Shown here: positions 26,975-36,060 of the stretch, piece after piece
How positions within the stretch are numbered: the stretch's first letter is position 1
How the letters are laid out: each line of letters starts with the position of its first letter
Position numbers and translations under genes: made by a program
The notes under the pieces: model-generated
What the model was told of the DNA's origin: nothing
Databases searched by the model: none
What the model saw: only the letters and a program-made list of their open reading frames with translations
IMG/VR virus record: IMGVR_UViG_3300031539_000008
Location: 38,605 to 102,604 of that record
Strand: one strand, 5' to 3'
DNA from: a virus
Length of the DNA stretch: 64,000 nucleotides

Positions 26975-27844
26975 TCAGCTAAACTCCTTGATCATGTCGC
27001 GCAGACGAATCCACGCCTGAATGTAGTCCTGGTGCCCGGGGTCATTTGGATCCAAAACCTCTGGCCCATCGGCGTACGCATGATGGAATGCCCAGTCGGT
27101 GCGGTCCTCCAGGTTGAGATTCTGATCCAGGGCCTTGTAGGCCCACTCCCGCTCATGCCACATCTGGGCCTCCAGCGGAAAGCGCTCCCTCCACGCCGCA
27201 TCCATGACCTGCATGGCAGGCTGGTACAGGTGGCGATAGAACAGCCGGTAGAGCGCGGGCTCCTGGGCCGAGAAGTCGGCGAACGCCTGGAGATAGGCGT
27301 CCCAGGACGGATAGTCCTGGACGACGGGGAGCTTGGCCGCGCACATCTCGTACACGCCCCCGTCGAAGTCGAACAGGTACTGCATCGCCCATCGTTTGGT
27401 GGGTGACTCAAACGGGGTCTCGCCCGCATCGAAGAGGATTTCGTCCCAGTGGTCGGGCGGCGATGACGCCAGCTCGGCGTCATCCTCAGCCACGGTGTCC
27501 ACGACGGAGTTGTAGAACTCCACGATGTCGTCCGTGATCAAAGGACGGAACTGCTTGCCCACGGCGTACGCCTTGCAGTCCTCAGATACCCACATGGTCG
27601 CAGGCCACTCCTCGGTGGTTACATCCTGCGGAAACTCGTAGCCGTCTGGCATCACGTAGTCCTCCAGCACGGCAAGAACCTGCTGGTTCTCTGGTGTGGG
27701 TGCAGGCTCTCCGTCTCCTCCGTCTCCTCCGCCGTTGGGCTCAGGGAGCGGTTCGGGCGGCGGAATTGGCTTGTGCTTCTTCTTGCCACCGGCCAGCGCC
27801 AGGAGCAGGAGTGCTCCACCTCCGATTATGATTCCTGGATTCAT
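26975..27844 (-). CDS. N-anchored membrane protein
   Basis: MNPGIIIGGGALLLLALAGGKKK; WVSEDCKAYAVGKQF. Confidence 0.8.
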   Translation of the reverse strand: MNPGIIIGGGALLLLALAGGKKKHKPIPPPEPLPEPNGGGDGGDGEPAPTPENQQVLAVLEDYVMPDGYEFPQDVTTEEWPATMWVSEDCKAYAVGKQFRPLITDDIVEFYNSVVDTVAEDDAELASSPPDHWDEILFDAGETPFESPTKRWAMQYLFDFDGGVYEMCAAKLPVVQDYPSWDAYLQAFADFSAQEPALYRLFYRHLYQPAMQVMDAAWRERFPLEAQMWHEREWAYKALDQNLNLEDRTDWAFHHAYADGPEVLDPNDPGHQDYIQAWIRLRDMIKEFS

Positions 27845-28605
27845 TAGAACTCGATCCCTCCCTCGTACTCGTCGATGGCGGATTGGATGTCTGCAACGGA
27901 CGCCGAGGTGATGAAGCTGAGGAGGAAGTCGAGCGCGGGGTACTCCTTGCGCCAGGCTCGGAAGCTAGCCTGCCACTGCGCTGCATTGGCACCTCCGGCC
28001 CCTGGAAGCGTCTCCGCGCATGCTGCTGCCGAAGGCGACGAATCTGCCAGCGCCTGGATGGCGAACCGCACGCTCATCGGAAGGTCGCTTGGGTAGATTC
28101 CAACCTCGGCATAGCTGTTGTAATCGCCCCATGAAGATGGCAGAGATTTGCTCACGTATGCCCCCGGAACCCTGGCCCCAACCTGACCTGCGAAATCGAG
28201 GACGATCGCGTTTGGCATCGTGTGGATGGGATCGCTCCCATCTCCGATTTCGGCCAGCATGGTCTGGTTGATGACGTTCCACTTGAGCAGGTTTTCTTCC
28301 TGCGCCATCCACTGGTAGGGGCTGAGCGCTCCGACTGTCGGAAGCCAGTTTTGGCCCATCACGAACGCTTGGCAGTCATCGGAGACCCACAGATCGTTGG
28401 AGGTCATGCCGTCTGGAATCTGCTTCCCGTATCCGCCACCCTTGGGCAGCCAGCCAGACTTGCTTCCACCTGGGATCGGGTCCGTCTTGTTCGGATCGTC
28501 TGGATCGATCAGCGGCTTGAGGGGACCGCCGCCGTTCTTCTTCTTCCCTCCGAGGAGGGCGAGGAGCAAAAGACCTCCGCCGACGATGACTACTGGTTCT
28601 GGCAT
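27844..28605 (-). CDS. N-anchored membrane protein
   Basis: MPEPVVIVGGGLLLLALLGGKKK; WVSDDCQAFVMGQNW. Confidence 0.8.
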   Translation of the reverse strand: MPEPVVIVGGGLLLLALLGGKKKNGGGPLKPLIDPDDPNKTDPIPGGSKSGWLPKGGGYGKQIPDGMTSNDLWVSDDCQAFVMGQNWLPTVGALSPYQWMAQEENLLKWNVINQTMLAEIGDGSDPIHTMPNAIVLDFAGQVGARVPGAYVSKSLPSSWGDYNSYAEVGIYPSDLPMSVRFAIQALADSSPSAAACAETLPGAGGANAAQWQASFRAWRKEYPALDFLLSFITSASVADIQSAIDEYEGGIEF

Positions 28606-28625
28606 GACGTTCTCCTTGCGACACT

Positions 28626-29216
28626 CTAGCCGCTTATTTCTGGGAATTGAAGTTGACCACTCTGGTTGAAGTAGGCGATGGCCTGCTCGACGTAGCTCTG
28701 CACGTAGTCGGCAAGTTGGGTCATAGCCTCGGGGACGGATCCGCCCGGATCAGCATCCGGCCCGAGTTCCTCGCTCAGCGGCAGCTTGCACAGCGTGCCG
28801 ACAGACGAGATTTCGTTGGTGGCATAGGCGACGGGAGAGTTTGCCACGAGAAGGTGAGCGACGACTACCGCGGAGAGATTCTCCTCTGCTCCGTACAGTG
28901 CGGTCTGATCCTCAGCGTTGGGTTGCGGCTGTGCGCCGATGGCTTCGACGATCTCGACAAGTGCCGGAAGCGCGTACCCACCAAACCATGCACTCTCGTT
29001 CGGCAGGATAGTCCAGACCTCGCACATGCCGCCCACGGAGATCTGCGGGGGCCCATCCTCGGAGGGTGTGCAAGACCGCTCGTTTTCGTCCCAGTGGAAT
29101 CCGACCGGGCATTCAGACGGCTGCGGGGGAAGCGGGGGCGTTTTCTGCCCCTTCTTCTTGCCCTTGGCTAGAAGCATCGCACCGCCGTAAAGAAGGAGTA
29201 GCGTGACCGGTTCCAT
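28626..29216 (-). CDS. N-anchored membrane protein
   Basis: MEPVTLLLLYGGAMLLAKGKKK; CPVGFHWDENERSC module. Confidence 0.78.
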   Translation of the reverse strand: MEPVTLLLLYGGAMLLAKGKKKGQKTPPLPPQPSECPVGFHWDENERSCTPSEDGPPQISVGGMCEVWTILPNESAWFGGYALPALVEIVEAIGAQPQPNAEDQTALYGAEENLSAVVVAHLLVANSPVAYATNEISSVGTLCKLPLSEELGPDADPGGSVPEAMTQLADYVQSYVEQAIAYFNQSGQLQFPEISG

Positions 29217-29219
29217 GAC

Positions 29220-30083
29220 TCACTTCTTTCGGGATAGGATGAATACGCCAACGCCGAGGGCCAAAAGGACTACGCCTGGAGTCTTCCGCAGTGCACCTGT
29301 GATTCCTTTCAGAATTGCGAATATGTCAGCCAGGATCCCCGCGATGTCTTCGGCCGCCCTTTCGATTTTTGCGAAGACCTGATCTTGTTCTTCCAGTGCT
29401 CCGTCGAACAGGCCATCGTCGATAGCGGCGATGATCCAGAACTCGCGTCGCATCTCCAGCTCGTGCTCCAGGGCAACGATGACTTGGTTGATCAGCGAAA
29501 GCGCAAAGAGGTAGTCGGGGCCAGTGCAGCTCGGCGCATGGATGTCCGACCAGAAATCCTGGCAGGCGTTGTAGTCCCAGAAGAACAGCGGGCCTTCCAG
29601 GTTGTTCTCCACGTGCTCCCATGCCTGCTCGGTCATCTCGCGCGGATCAGGCATCTGGACGATGCCTCCGGCGAGAACGGGGAACATGGGTCGGTACACG
29701 TTCTCGTAGCGCAGGGTGATGTTCTCCAGGTCCGCATCGAGCTGCTTGAGGCCTTGCTCCCCAAGGCTAACCTGGGCCCGGTATCCGCGTACGCGAGCCA
29801 GGGTCGATCCCAGGCCGTTGACCGTATGCGCCAGTAGCTTGAGGCGGCTCTCCCTCGCCTGCATGAGCAGGCCGTCCACGGTCACCATCAGCTCAGTCGC
29901 CTCGGCGATCTTTGACAGATCTACCTCGCTCAGGTTTGGCGCGGTTTTGGCCTGCGAGATCATCGAGCGAGCGAGGCGGGCCTGGTCCTCAGACTTCTCC
30001 TCAACTGCGACGAGGTTTCGATACAGCTTCTTCGTCCGCGCAAACAGACCGCCAGCGTCGATGGTGTAGGCGCTACTCGCCAT
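29220..30083 (-). CDS. Helical protein with C-terminal TM anchor
   Basis: Ends PGVVLLALGVGVFILSRKK. Confidence 0.75.
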   Translation of the reverse strand: MASSAYTIDAGGLFARTKKLYRNLVAVEEKSEDQARLARSMISQAKTAPNLSEVDLSKIAEATELMVTVDGLLMQARESRLKLLAHTVNGLGSTLARVRGYRAQVSLGEQGLKQLDADLENITLRYENVYRPMFPVLAGGIVQMPDPREMTEQAWEHVENNLEGPLFFWDYNACQDFWSDIHAPSCTGPDYLFALSLINQVIVALEHELEMRREFWIIAAIDDGLFDGALEEQDQVFAKIERAAEDIAGILADIFAILKGITGALRKTPGVVLLALGVGVFILSRKK

Positions 30084-31128
30084 GACCCCTCGCCATCATC
30101 CCGGGAGGCGGGGTGATACCGTTGCTTCCGTCGGACCAGGAGACGCCAAGGGTAGTGACGACGCCAGCTCCCAGGCTTGCTTCGTTCAGCTTGGGGAGCC
30201 ACACGGTGGGCCGATCATCTCCCCACGGCGTGGGCTCGGCGCCAGGGAGTTCGTGGTCGTCGTCCCAGGTGGTCGGAAGGTCATTCGCCGGCGAGCAAAC
30301 GATCAGGGAGACGTACTGCGCCACATCCTGCTCAGAGGGCTGGCCAATAGCCGTTAGCGCCGCACGGGCGATTCCATGGATGGTCTCGTCGCCCTCAACC
30401 GTGTGGAAGACGCCGTGTGCGACCTTGTTGTCGGTCGGATGATAGGCGTAGGGATCCGGCCGCCGTCGCATCACCCGCTTGCGCCGGAGTGTCAGCGACC
30501 GCCGAGGTGCCTCTGCCTGCGGAGGCATGGGCGTTGCTCGACCAATACGCGGCGATGGCTCCTCACGCTCGGGCTCACTCTCCTCTTCCTCGTCAGCATG
30601 CCCGTCCGCATCGCCGTCGCCGTCGCCGTCGCCGTCCTCCTCGATTTCCTCGATTTCCCGCTCGCGAGCATGGGACGTGGCATCATCTGCGATGCGTTCT
30701 TCCTGGGCGGCCAGTAGGGTGTTCACGCGCAAGCGGATGCGCTTGTAGATCATGGTGGCGCCAACGTCCCGGTCGCCATCGCGCAACTCTGGCGGCCATG
30801 GGAACTCCATGCCGGTCACCGGATGGATGGGATAGATAGTTTTTGCCACGGCCAGCGTCAGCCGATCAGGATCGGGCTCGCCCTTGTCCAGCAGTTCCTG
30901 GGCGACCTCGCTCACACGATGCGGCTGCCAGGGGAAGGTGGTCCAGCTCTGCTTGATCCGTCCGTTTCCACCCTTGACGCGACTGTGAGTCCTACGCGCA
31001 GGTCGTCTCAGCGTTCGCCGTGAAGACGCATCCGCAGTCTTGCCGGCGACACCCCTACGCTTGCCTCTGCTGTGTCCCTTTTTTCCGGCGAGAAGAAGCG
31101 CGCTTCCGATGACGAGAAAATGGATCAC
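30073..31128 (-). CDS. N-anchored protein with LysM-like C-terminal segment
   Basis: GTG start MIHFLVIGSALLLAGKK; FHTVEGDETIHGIAR...VWLP. Confidence 0.65.
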   Translation of the reverse strand: MIHFLVIGSALLLAGKKGHSRGKRRGVAGKTADASSRRTLRRPARRTHSRVKGGNGRIKQSWTTFPWQPHRVSEVAQELLDKGEPDPDRLTLAVAKTIYPIHPVTGMEFPWPPELRDGDRDVGATMIYKRIRLRVNTLLAAQEERIADDATSHAREREIEEIEEDGDGDGDGDADGHADEEEESEPEREEPSPRIGRATPMPPQAEAPRRSLTLRRKRVMRRRPDPYAYHPTDNKVAHGVFHTVEGDETIHGIARAALTAIGQPSEQDVAQYVSLIVCSPANDLPTTWDDDHELPGAEPTPWGDDRPTVWLPKLNEASLGAGVVTTLGVSWSDGSNGITPPPGMMARGHGE

Positions 31129-31841
31129 GTAAAGCCTCCTGGTTGCGCCCACGGTGGTGGGGTGCCCGACAACTTCGCGAGCAGTGAACTTGGCGGATTG
31201 CGTCCCGATGGCGGGCAGACGATCTGGGCCGGGACTGCACCCATGCCGGGAGCACGTGCTGACGGCGCTTGCTGGATCGCCGGCAGCCACAGCAGTCCGA
31301 AGTTGGTGCGTTGAGATGGCGGGGTGAAAGTGGTGTCCTTCACGGGCCATCGCGCAGCGTGCAGGGACTTGAGCGCGTCTGGATTCTGCTTCTCGAAAGC
31401 CAGAGACGCACTGATGCCGCCGACTACGGTGTTACCGCTGTCGGGTACGCCGTAGTAGTAGCGATTCCAGTCGCTGCTGTTGATGCACCTTGCGTACGCG
31501 GTCACTTGCTGCGCCGTCATAGTGGGGACGCCGAAGATGGCCATGGCGGCCACCGCATCGACCAGCGCGCGATCAACCTCCAGGTCAGCAGCGGACACCG
31601 GATAGAACGTGCCGAAGACCGGCTGGCCAGGATTCGACAGGGGCACTTGAAGCTGAGTCCCTCCGTTTCCGTTTCCGTTTCCGTTTCCGTTTCCGTTTCC
31701 GTTTCCGTTTCCGTTTCCGCCGCCAGACGATCCACCGCCACCGCCACCGCCACCGCTACCTCCCGTCGTGGATGATCCTCCGCGTCGTCCGAGTGCGGCA
31801 GCGGCAAGGAGTCCGAGTCCGAGAATGACGATCGGTTTCAT
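31125..31841 (-). CDS. N-anchored protein, (GN)n linker, domain related to previous gene
   Basis: MKPIVILGLGLLAAAALGRR; GTFYPV...LLWLP. Confidence 0.7.
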   Translation of the reverse strand: MKPIVILGLGLLAAAALGRRGGSSTTGGSGGGGGGGGSSGGGNGNGNGNGNGNGNGNGNGGTQLQVPLSNPGQPVFGTFYPVSAADLEVDRALVDAVAAMAIFGVPTMTAQQVTAYARCINSSDWNRYYYGVPDSGNTVVGGISASLAFEKQNPDALKSLHAARWPVKDTTFTPPSQRTNFGLLWLPAIQQAPSARAPGMGAVPAQIVCPPSGRNPPSSLLAKLSGTPPPWAQPGGFT

Positions 31842-32281
31842 CTGGCACCTCTTGGGCAACGGCATACGCCGCGTTTCACGTCTTCGCTCGGGTCGTATCG
31901 CATGTTGTCGCTGACGACGTAGGCGTGGTACGCCTGGTCAATCGGGCGCCCGTAGTGATCGTACTGCTGCTCCAGCACGACGTAGGCTGGACGGTTGAGG
32001 TGGTAGCGAATCCAGGCGGCAAGGTACGCCGACATATCCGCGCACGTCCCAACTTTCTCCTCCAGCAGCTTGTCCGCCGCCAATATGACCTGGCAGAAGT
32101 CCTCGCTGCGACACATCATCGGGTCAACGTACTCAACCCCTGCGTGGAGCAGGCAGCAGGGCGTGTTGGGGTCGAGGCCGAAGAAGATCTGATTGTGCTG
32201 GACTAATCCCTCTAACATCGCCTCCAGCATCTGTACCGTGGACTGGCCGTTGAGCGACCGGAAGCGAAAGCGGAGTTGCAT
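31838..32281 (-). CDS. Transglutaminase-like cysteine protease (putative maturation protease)
   Basis: GTCADMSAYLAAW...HAYVV...YDPS gives a Cys-His-Asp triad in transglutaminase order. Confidence 0.7.
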   Translation of the reverse strand: MQLRFRFRSLNGQSTVQMLEAMLEGLVQHNQIFFGLDPNTPCCLLHAGVEYVDPMMCRSEDFCQVILAADKLLEEKVGTCADMSAYLAAWIRYHLNRPAYVVLEQQYDHYGRPIDQAYHAYVVSDNMRYDPSEDVKRGVCRCPRGAR

Positions 32282-32297
32282 ATCATCGCCGACCACA

Positions 32298-33188
32298 TCA
32301 AAACTCCAAGTGCCAGACGTACGTGTAGAATCGACCAACGCCGGTCGTATTGACGCTGGCAACGCCGGCGGCATTTCCAGGGCGGTCTGACAGACAGCTC
32401 ACGTTTGCACAATCCAAGGAGAAGGGGACGGGGGAGATCAGGCCTGTCGGTGGGGCGCTCCCGGTCGGGTCGCCGAACTCCACCCAGTTGGCTGCGTTCG
32501 GGATACCCGGCGCTGGTCCAGGTGTCGAGATGCGAACGCCCACGGCTCCTGGTGGGCACGGCACGAATACGGGCGTCGCATCGGGGAGGGAGAACGTCTG
32601 CGTGAGCAGGGCCTCTCCTCGGACCGGGGCGAAGCTCTCCTGCACGGATGCCCTGATGATGGTATCGAGAAATAGCCCGGGTCCGTCCATGGACTGCGGA
32701 AGAGTCCCTTGGGGTGTCGAGCCTCGGACGCTGATGCACTCCGGCGGAGTGATGATGTTCAGCTCAAGCGAACAGGAGTGCGCAGAGATGCGCATGCCCG
32801 CGCCAATGTCGAAAACCGCGCGTCGGCCGATCCCTGCTTGATGCCAGGATACGGCCGCCCAGAGCTTGGAGCATGGCAGTCCCGAGCCCTGGATGACCGC
32901 AGGCGGGAGAGGTGAGGCAGAGTTTCCAACGAGCACCTGCCGCATGACCTCCAGGGCATTGATCTCTGCGGTCCACCAACGAGGCTCGGCGCAGCTTCCA
33001 CTGGGCCCACTGACGTACGCATCCATGCTCACCCGCGGGTTGATGGGCGACTCCATGGGCGTTTGGTTCGTATCGACCGGATTCGTGCCCCACCGGCACA
33101 GAAACTGCCGAGTCATCGACTGAGTCGGCGGAGTGCACTGGCCAGCGTAGGCACCGGGTGCAGATGGCTGGCGTGAGTTGAATGGCAT
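32298..33188 (-). CDS. Putative beta-rich capsid/vertex protein
   Basis: 296 aa, alternating hydrophobic strands, directly downstream of the capsid candidate. Confidence 0.5.
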   Translation of the reverse strand: MPFNSRQPSAPGAYAGQCTPPTQSMTRQFLCRWGTNPVDTNQTPMESPINPRVSMDAYVSGPSGSCAEPRWWTAEINALEVMRQVLVGNSASPLPPAVIQGSGLPCSKLWAAVSWHQAGIGRRAVFDIGAGMRISAHSCSLELNIITPPECISVRGSTPQGTLPQSMDGPGLFLDTIIRASVQESFAPVRGEALLTQTFSLPDATPVFVPCPPGAVGVRISTPGPAPGIPNAANWVEFGDPTGSAPPTGLISPVPFSLDCANVSCLSDRPGNAAGVASVNTTGVGRFYTYVWHLEF

Positions 33189-33200
33189 CGGTTCGACCGG

Positions 33201-33242
33201 AAAAATGAGAGCCGACGCCCCCGGCTACCCGGGGACGGCGGC
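33201..33242 (-). terminator. Terminator/attenuator after capsid candidate
   Basis: GC hairpin ccccgg-ctac-ccgggg followed on minus strand by TCTCATTTTT. Confidence 0.55.
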
Positions 33243-33250
33243 GACCTGGA

Positions 33251-33949
33251 CTACGCCAGGACGTTGCACCACAGCACGACGAAGAAGTGGATGTTGCTGG
33301 TGACGACGATGTTGTCGAAGAAGATCTGAAGCTCCTGACCGTTCTGCGAACGGAAGGGGGCCCAGTCGACACACACCGGCTCACGAGTCGCTGCGAACGC
33401 AGCGCTGTTGAGCCCGTTGCCGATCCCGCGAGCACGGAGCTGCGAGTTTCCGCCGATGGTCACGTTCGTGACCACGGTGGGAAGCTCGATCACCGGGTTG
33501 GCGATCAGGTTGTTCGCATCCGGGGCGGGAGCCGCCTCGAAAGCCGTGAACCAGATGGCCACCGCCTGCAACGCCACGGCGTCGAAGTTGGTGATCAACA
33601 GGCTTGAGCCACCCGCCGTGCCAGGCACGACCGGAGCCGTTCCGAGCGTGGTCGCGCCGATCAGGTCGCAATCACACAGGAACTCCTCCGGACACGGACC
33701 GCCGACGGGAGCCCCGAGCGGCAGATCGTTCTGACCGGGGAACCGACAGGACGGATCCTGTGAGTTGTTCGCGCCCATGCCCTGAAGGCGACCGCTGCGA
33801 GGAATGGGGAACGCCCGTCCCCGCCCGGGTTGGCTGCTGCCGGCACCGCGACGAGCGCCGATCATCAGATCGGAGAAGGTCTCGGCTTCCTTGTTGAGCT
33901 TCTTGCTCTGCTTGAGAGCGTTCATGTAGCCATCCAAATGTGCGGACAT
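33251..33949 (-). CDS. Candidate single jelly-roll major capsid protein with N-terminal propeptide
   Basis: Basic N-terminus to LQGMGA, then about 140-aa beta-rich domain (VVTNVTIGGNSQL...LQIFFDN...FFVVLW); second gene of operon, followed by terminator. Confidence 0.55.
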   Translation of the reverse strand: MSAHLDGYMNALKQSKKLNKEAETFSDLMIGARRGAGSSQPGRGRAFPIPRSGRLQGMGANNSQDPSCRFPGQNDLPLGAPVGGPCPEEFLCDCDLIGATTLGTAPVVPGTAGGSSLLITNFDAVALQAVAIWFTAFEAAPAPDANNLIANPVIELPTVVTNVTIGGNSQLRARGIGNGLNSAAFAATREPVCVDWAPFRSQNGQELQIFFDNIVVTSNIHFFVVLWCNVLA

Positions 33950-34139
33950 AGCTGAATCATCCTTGCGTTTGCGCTTTGCAATCCTGCAAAGCCTTGGGTT
34001 TGCGCCTCTTGCTTCCACGACCGGGTGCCAGTGGGTGCTGATTTAGCCATCAGCGCTGACAGAGCCGGCTCTCGTCGAGAGGCTCGACCGAAACCTAGCG
34101 ATCACCGCAGGTTGAAACCTCGATCCGGGTCGATCCGGA

Positions 34140-34520
34140 TTAGGTCGCTTCCAGCGCCATCTGCTTGCCGTAGTTGCCAGCCCAGAGCGAGAGCGCTCCC
34201 ATGCCAGCAGCGCGGGCCGCACCGCTCATCTTCTTACCGGCCATGCCGGTAAGCCCGACGCCAGCGAGTGCAACGCCGACCAAAAGGTCGATGTCGACGC
34301 CGAACATCTTGAGGTCTTCCTCGGTTCCACCATCACGCTCGATGGTGCCCATGTAGTAGCCCACGCCGAAGGCGGTTCCGCCCGCCAGCGCGATCTCCAT
34401 GGTGTTTTCCGCGGCCTCTTTGGCCTTGTCCTTGTAGCGCCGGGCACGTGCAGCCATCCGCTGGAATCCGTCGACCAGCGTATCCTTGTCCAAGCGCTTG
34501 AGTTCGGTGGCGTCTGCCAT
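34140..34520 (-). CDS. Multi-TM protein, putative major internal-membrane protein
   Basis: Three Gly-rich hydrophobic segments; first gene of the structural operon; GAGGA RBS. Confidence 0.7.
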   Translation of the reverse strand: MADATELKRLDKDTLVDGFQRMAARARRYKDKAKEAAENTMEIALAGGTAFGVGYYMGTIERDGGTEEDLKMFGVDIDLLVGVALAGVGLTGMAGKKMSGAARAAGMGALSLWAGNYGKQMALEAT

Positions 34521-34642
34521 GTTGTTTCGTCCTCGTAAGTCCGCAGCGTTGCTGCCGGGGTTGGTTTTGGTGTCTGCGCCTGCGGCGCGGGTGAAACGAT
34601 GGACCAACGCTGCCGGAAACTTGCGGACGTTGCAAGTACCAA

Positions 34643-34658
34643 TGCAAAGCGCATGCCA
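34643..34658 (-). promoter_or_regulatory. Sigma54-type -24/-12 promoter
   Basis: Minus strand TGGCATGCGCTTTGCA, exact GG-N10-GC spacing, upstream of the structural operon. Confidence 0.65.
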
Positions 34659-34737
34659 TGCACTTTTGCAATCGGCGTATAACTATGCGGAAATACTTGT
34701 TGCGCAACTGATCACAACCCGATTTGATGCGCAACTG

Positions 34738-35961
34738 ATGGAACCGGACGAACTCTTCGACCCAGTGGACGTGGACCCGAGCATCCCTGACAAGCTCGTT
34801 GACCGCACTCTCAAGTACCTGCCCGCCCTCATCCGCGTCGATGTCGAGCGCAAGCGAGGCACGAACAGTTGGAAGAAGGTCAACGGCTTCAAGGTCGACA
34901 GCGATGCGAGTGGGGAGCCGGATGCAAGTGCTGAACGTGTCTGCGGAATGATCGTGATGATCGCCCAGAGCGACCACGAACAGGACGGTGGCACTCAGCA
35001 CTACCGCGCGAAGTACCACATCAAGGTCAAAAACGGCCAAATCCAGCGCAAGACGTTTGCGTTCAAGCTCTCGGACGATTCCGACGAGGCTGAGCCAACA
35101 ATGGACAGGCTGGAGGAGCAGGAGGTTTTGGCCGTGGCATTCGACCGCGCCATCGCACTGATTGAGATCCAAAACCGCCATATTGATAGCTGCTACTCAC
35201 AGATGCTGACGCAAGGGCAAACGCAGGCTGGCCAAACAGCGCCGCTATTGCAGACCATCGAGACGCTCGTGAGCAAATACCACGAGGGTCTGAACATGCA
35301 GGCGAATGCACTGCAAGCCGTATCGGAGATGGAACGCAGCAGCAAGGAGGCTGAAATCAAAGGTGAGCGCGATCGTGCCATTCTCGACATGCTCGCCGCC
35401 GCAGCGCCGGCCTTCGCAAGTCAGCTCGGCGCATACTTTGGCAAGCGCAAGGAGGACGCTCCAGGAGTGGATGCTCCGGTGGAAACGGCGACCGTCACCC
35501 AACAGCCTATCGAGCGCGTGAGGCCAACACGTCCGCCACACCGCGCACCGCAACCACGAGAAGAAGAAGTCGACCAACCAACCTACGATCCAGTACAGGA
35601 CAGCGAAGACATGGCCGCCAAGGAAGCAGAAGAAAACCCACTCACGCTGTTCGCGCACTCGTTCCGCGACAGCATTCTCTCGGAGCAGTGGCTCTCACTG
35701 GGCGAAGCGTTGACCAAACAGGAGATGAAACTCCTCAAGGACGCAACCACCGCGGAAAACGACGTGGACACGTCCGCGGGCATCATCGCCTTCAAGGACT
35801 CGCTGCGTCCGACCAAATACCTGCGGCTCAACCGCATCCTCGACCCTGAGCAGCGCGAGATGATTATGAAACTGCTGGAAGTAATCGACGAGTACACGCC
35901 TGATGACCCAGAGGATGACGAAGACGAGGAGGAAGAGGAGACGGAGGAAGAGACCGAGTAG
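34738..35961 (+). CDS. Helical hypothetical protein with acidic tail, divergent from structural operon
   Basis: About 407 aa from ATG 34738; no Walker motifs seen. Confidence 0.75.
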   Translation: MEPDELFDPVDVDPSIPDKLVDRTLKYLPALIRVDVERKRGTNSWKKVNGFKVDSDASGEPDASAERVCGMIVMIAQSDHEQDGGTQHYRAKYHIKVKNGQIQRKTFAFKLSDDSDEAEPTMDRLEEQEVLAVAFDRAIALIEIQNRHIDSCYSQMLTQGQTQAGQTAPLLQTIETLVSKYHEGLNMQANALQAVSEMERSSKEAEIKGERDRAILDMLAAAAPAFASQLGAYFGKRKEDAPGVDAPVETATVTQQPIERVRPTRPPHRAPQPREEEVDQPTYDPVQDSEDMAAKEAEENPLTLFAHSFRDSILSEQWLSLGEALTKQEMKLLKDATTAENDVDTSAGIIAFKDSLRPTKYLRLNRILDPEQREMIMKLLEVIDEYTPDDPEDDEDEEEEETEEETE

Positions 35962-35972
35962 GGCCAAAACGT

Positions 35973-36010
35973 AAAATCCCCGGCAGCACTGCGCTGCCGG
36001 GGCCCCTTTC
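35973..36010. terminator. Terminator between convergent genes
   Basis: ccccggcagc-actgc-gctgccgggg 10-bp stem. Confidence 0.7.
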
Positions 36011-36060
36011 CTTGTCACGCCGTCGAAACCAGAGACAGCACCATACCAGCGGTCGAGCCT

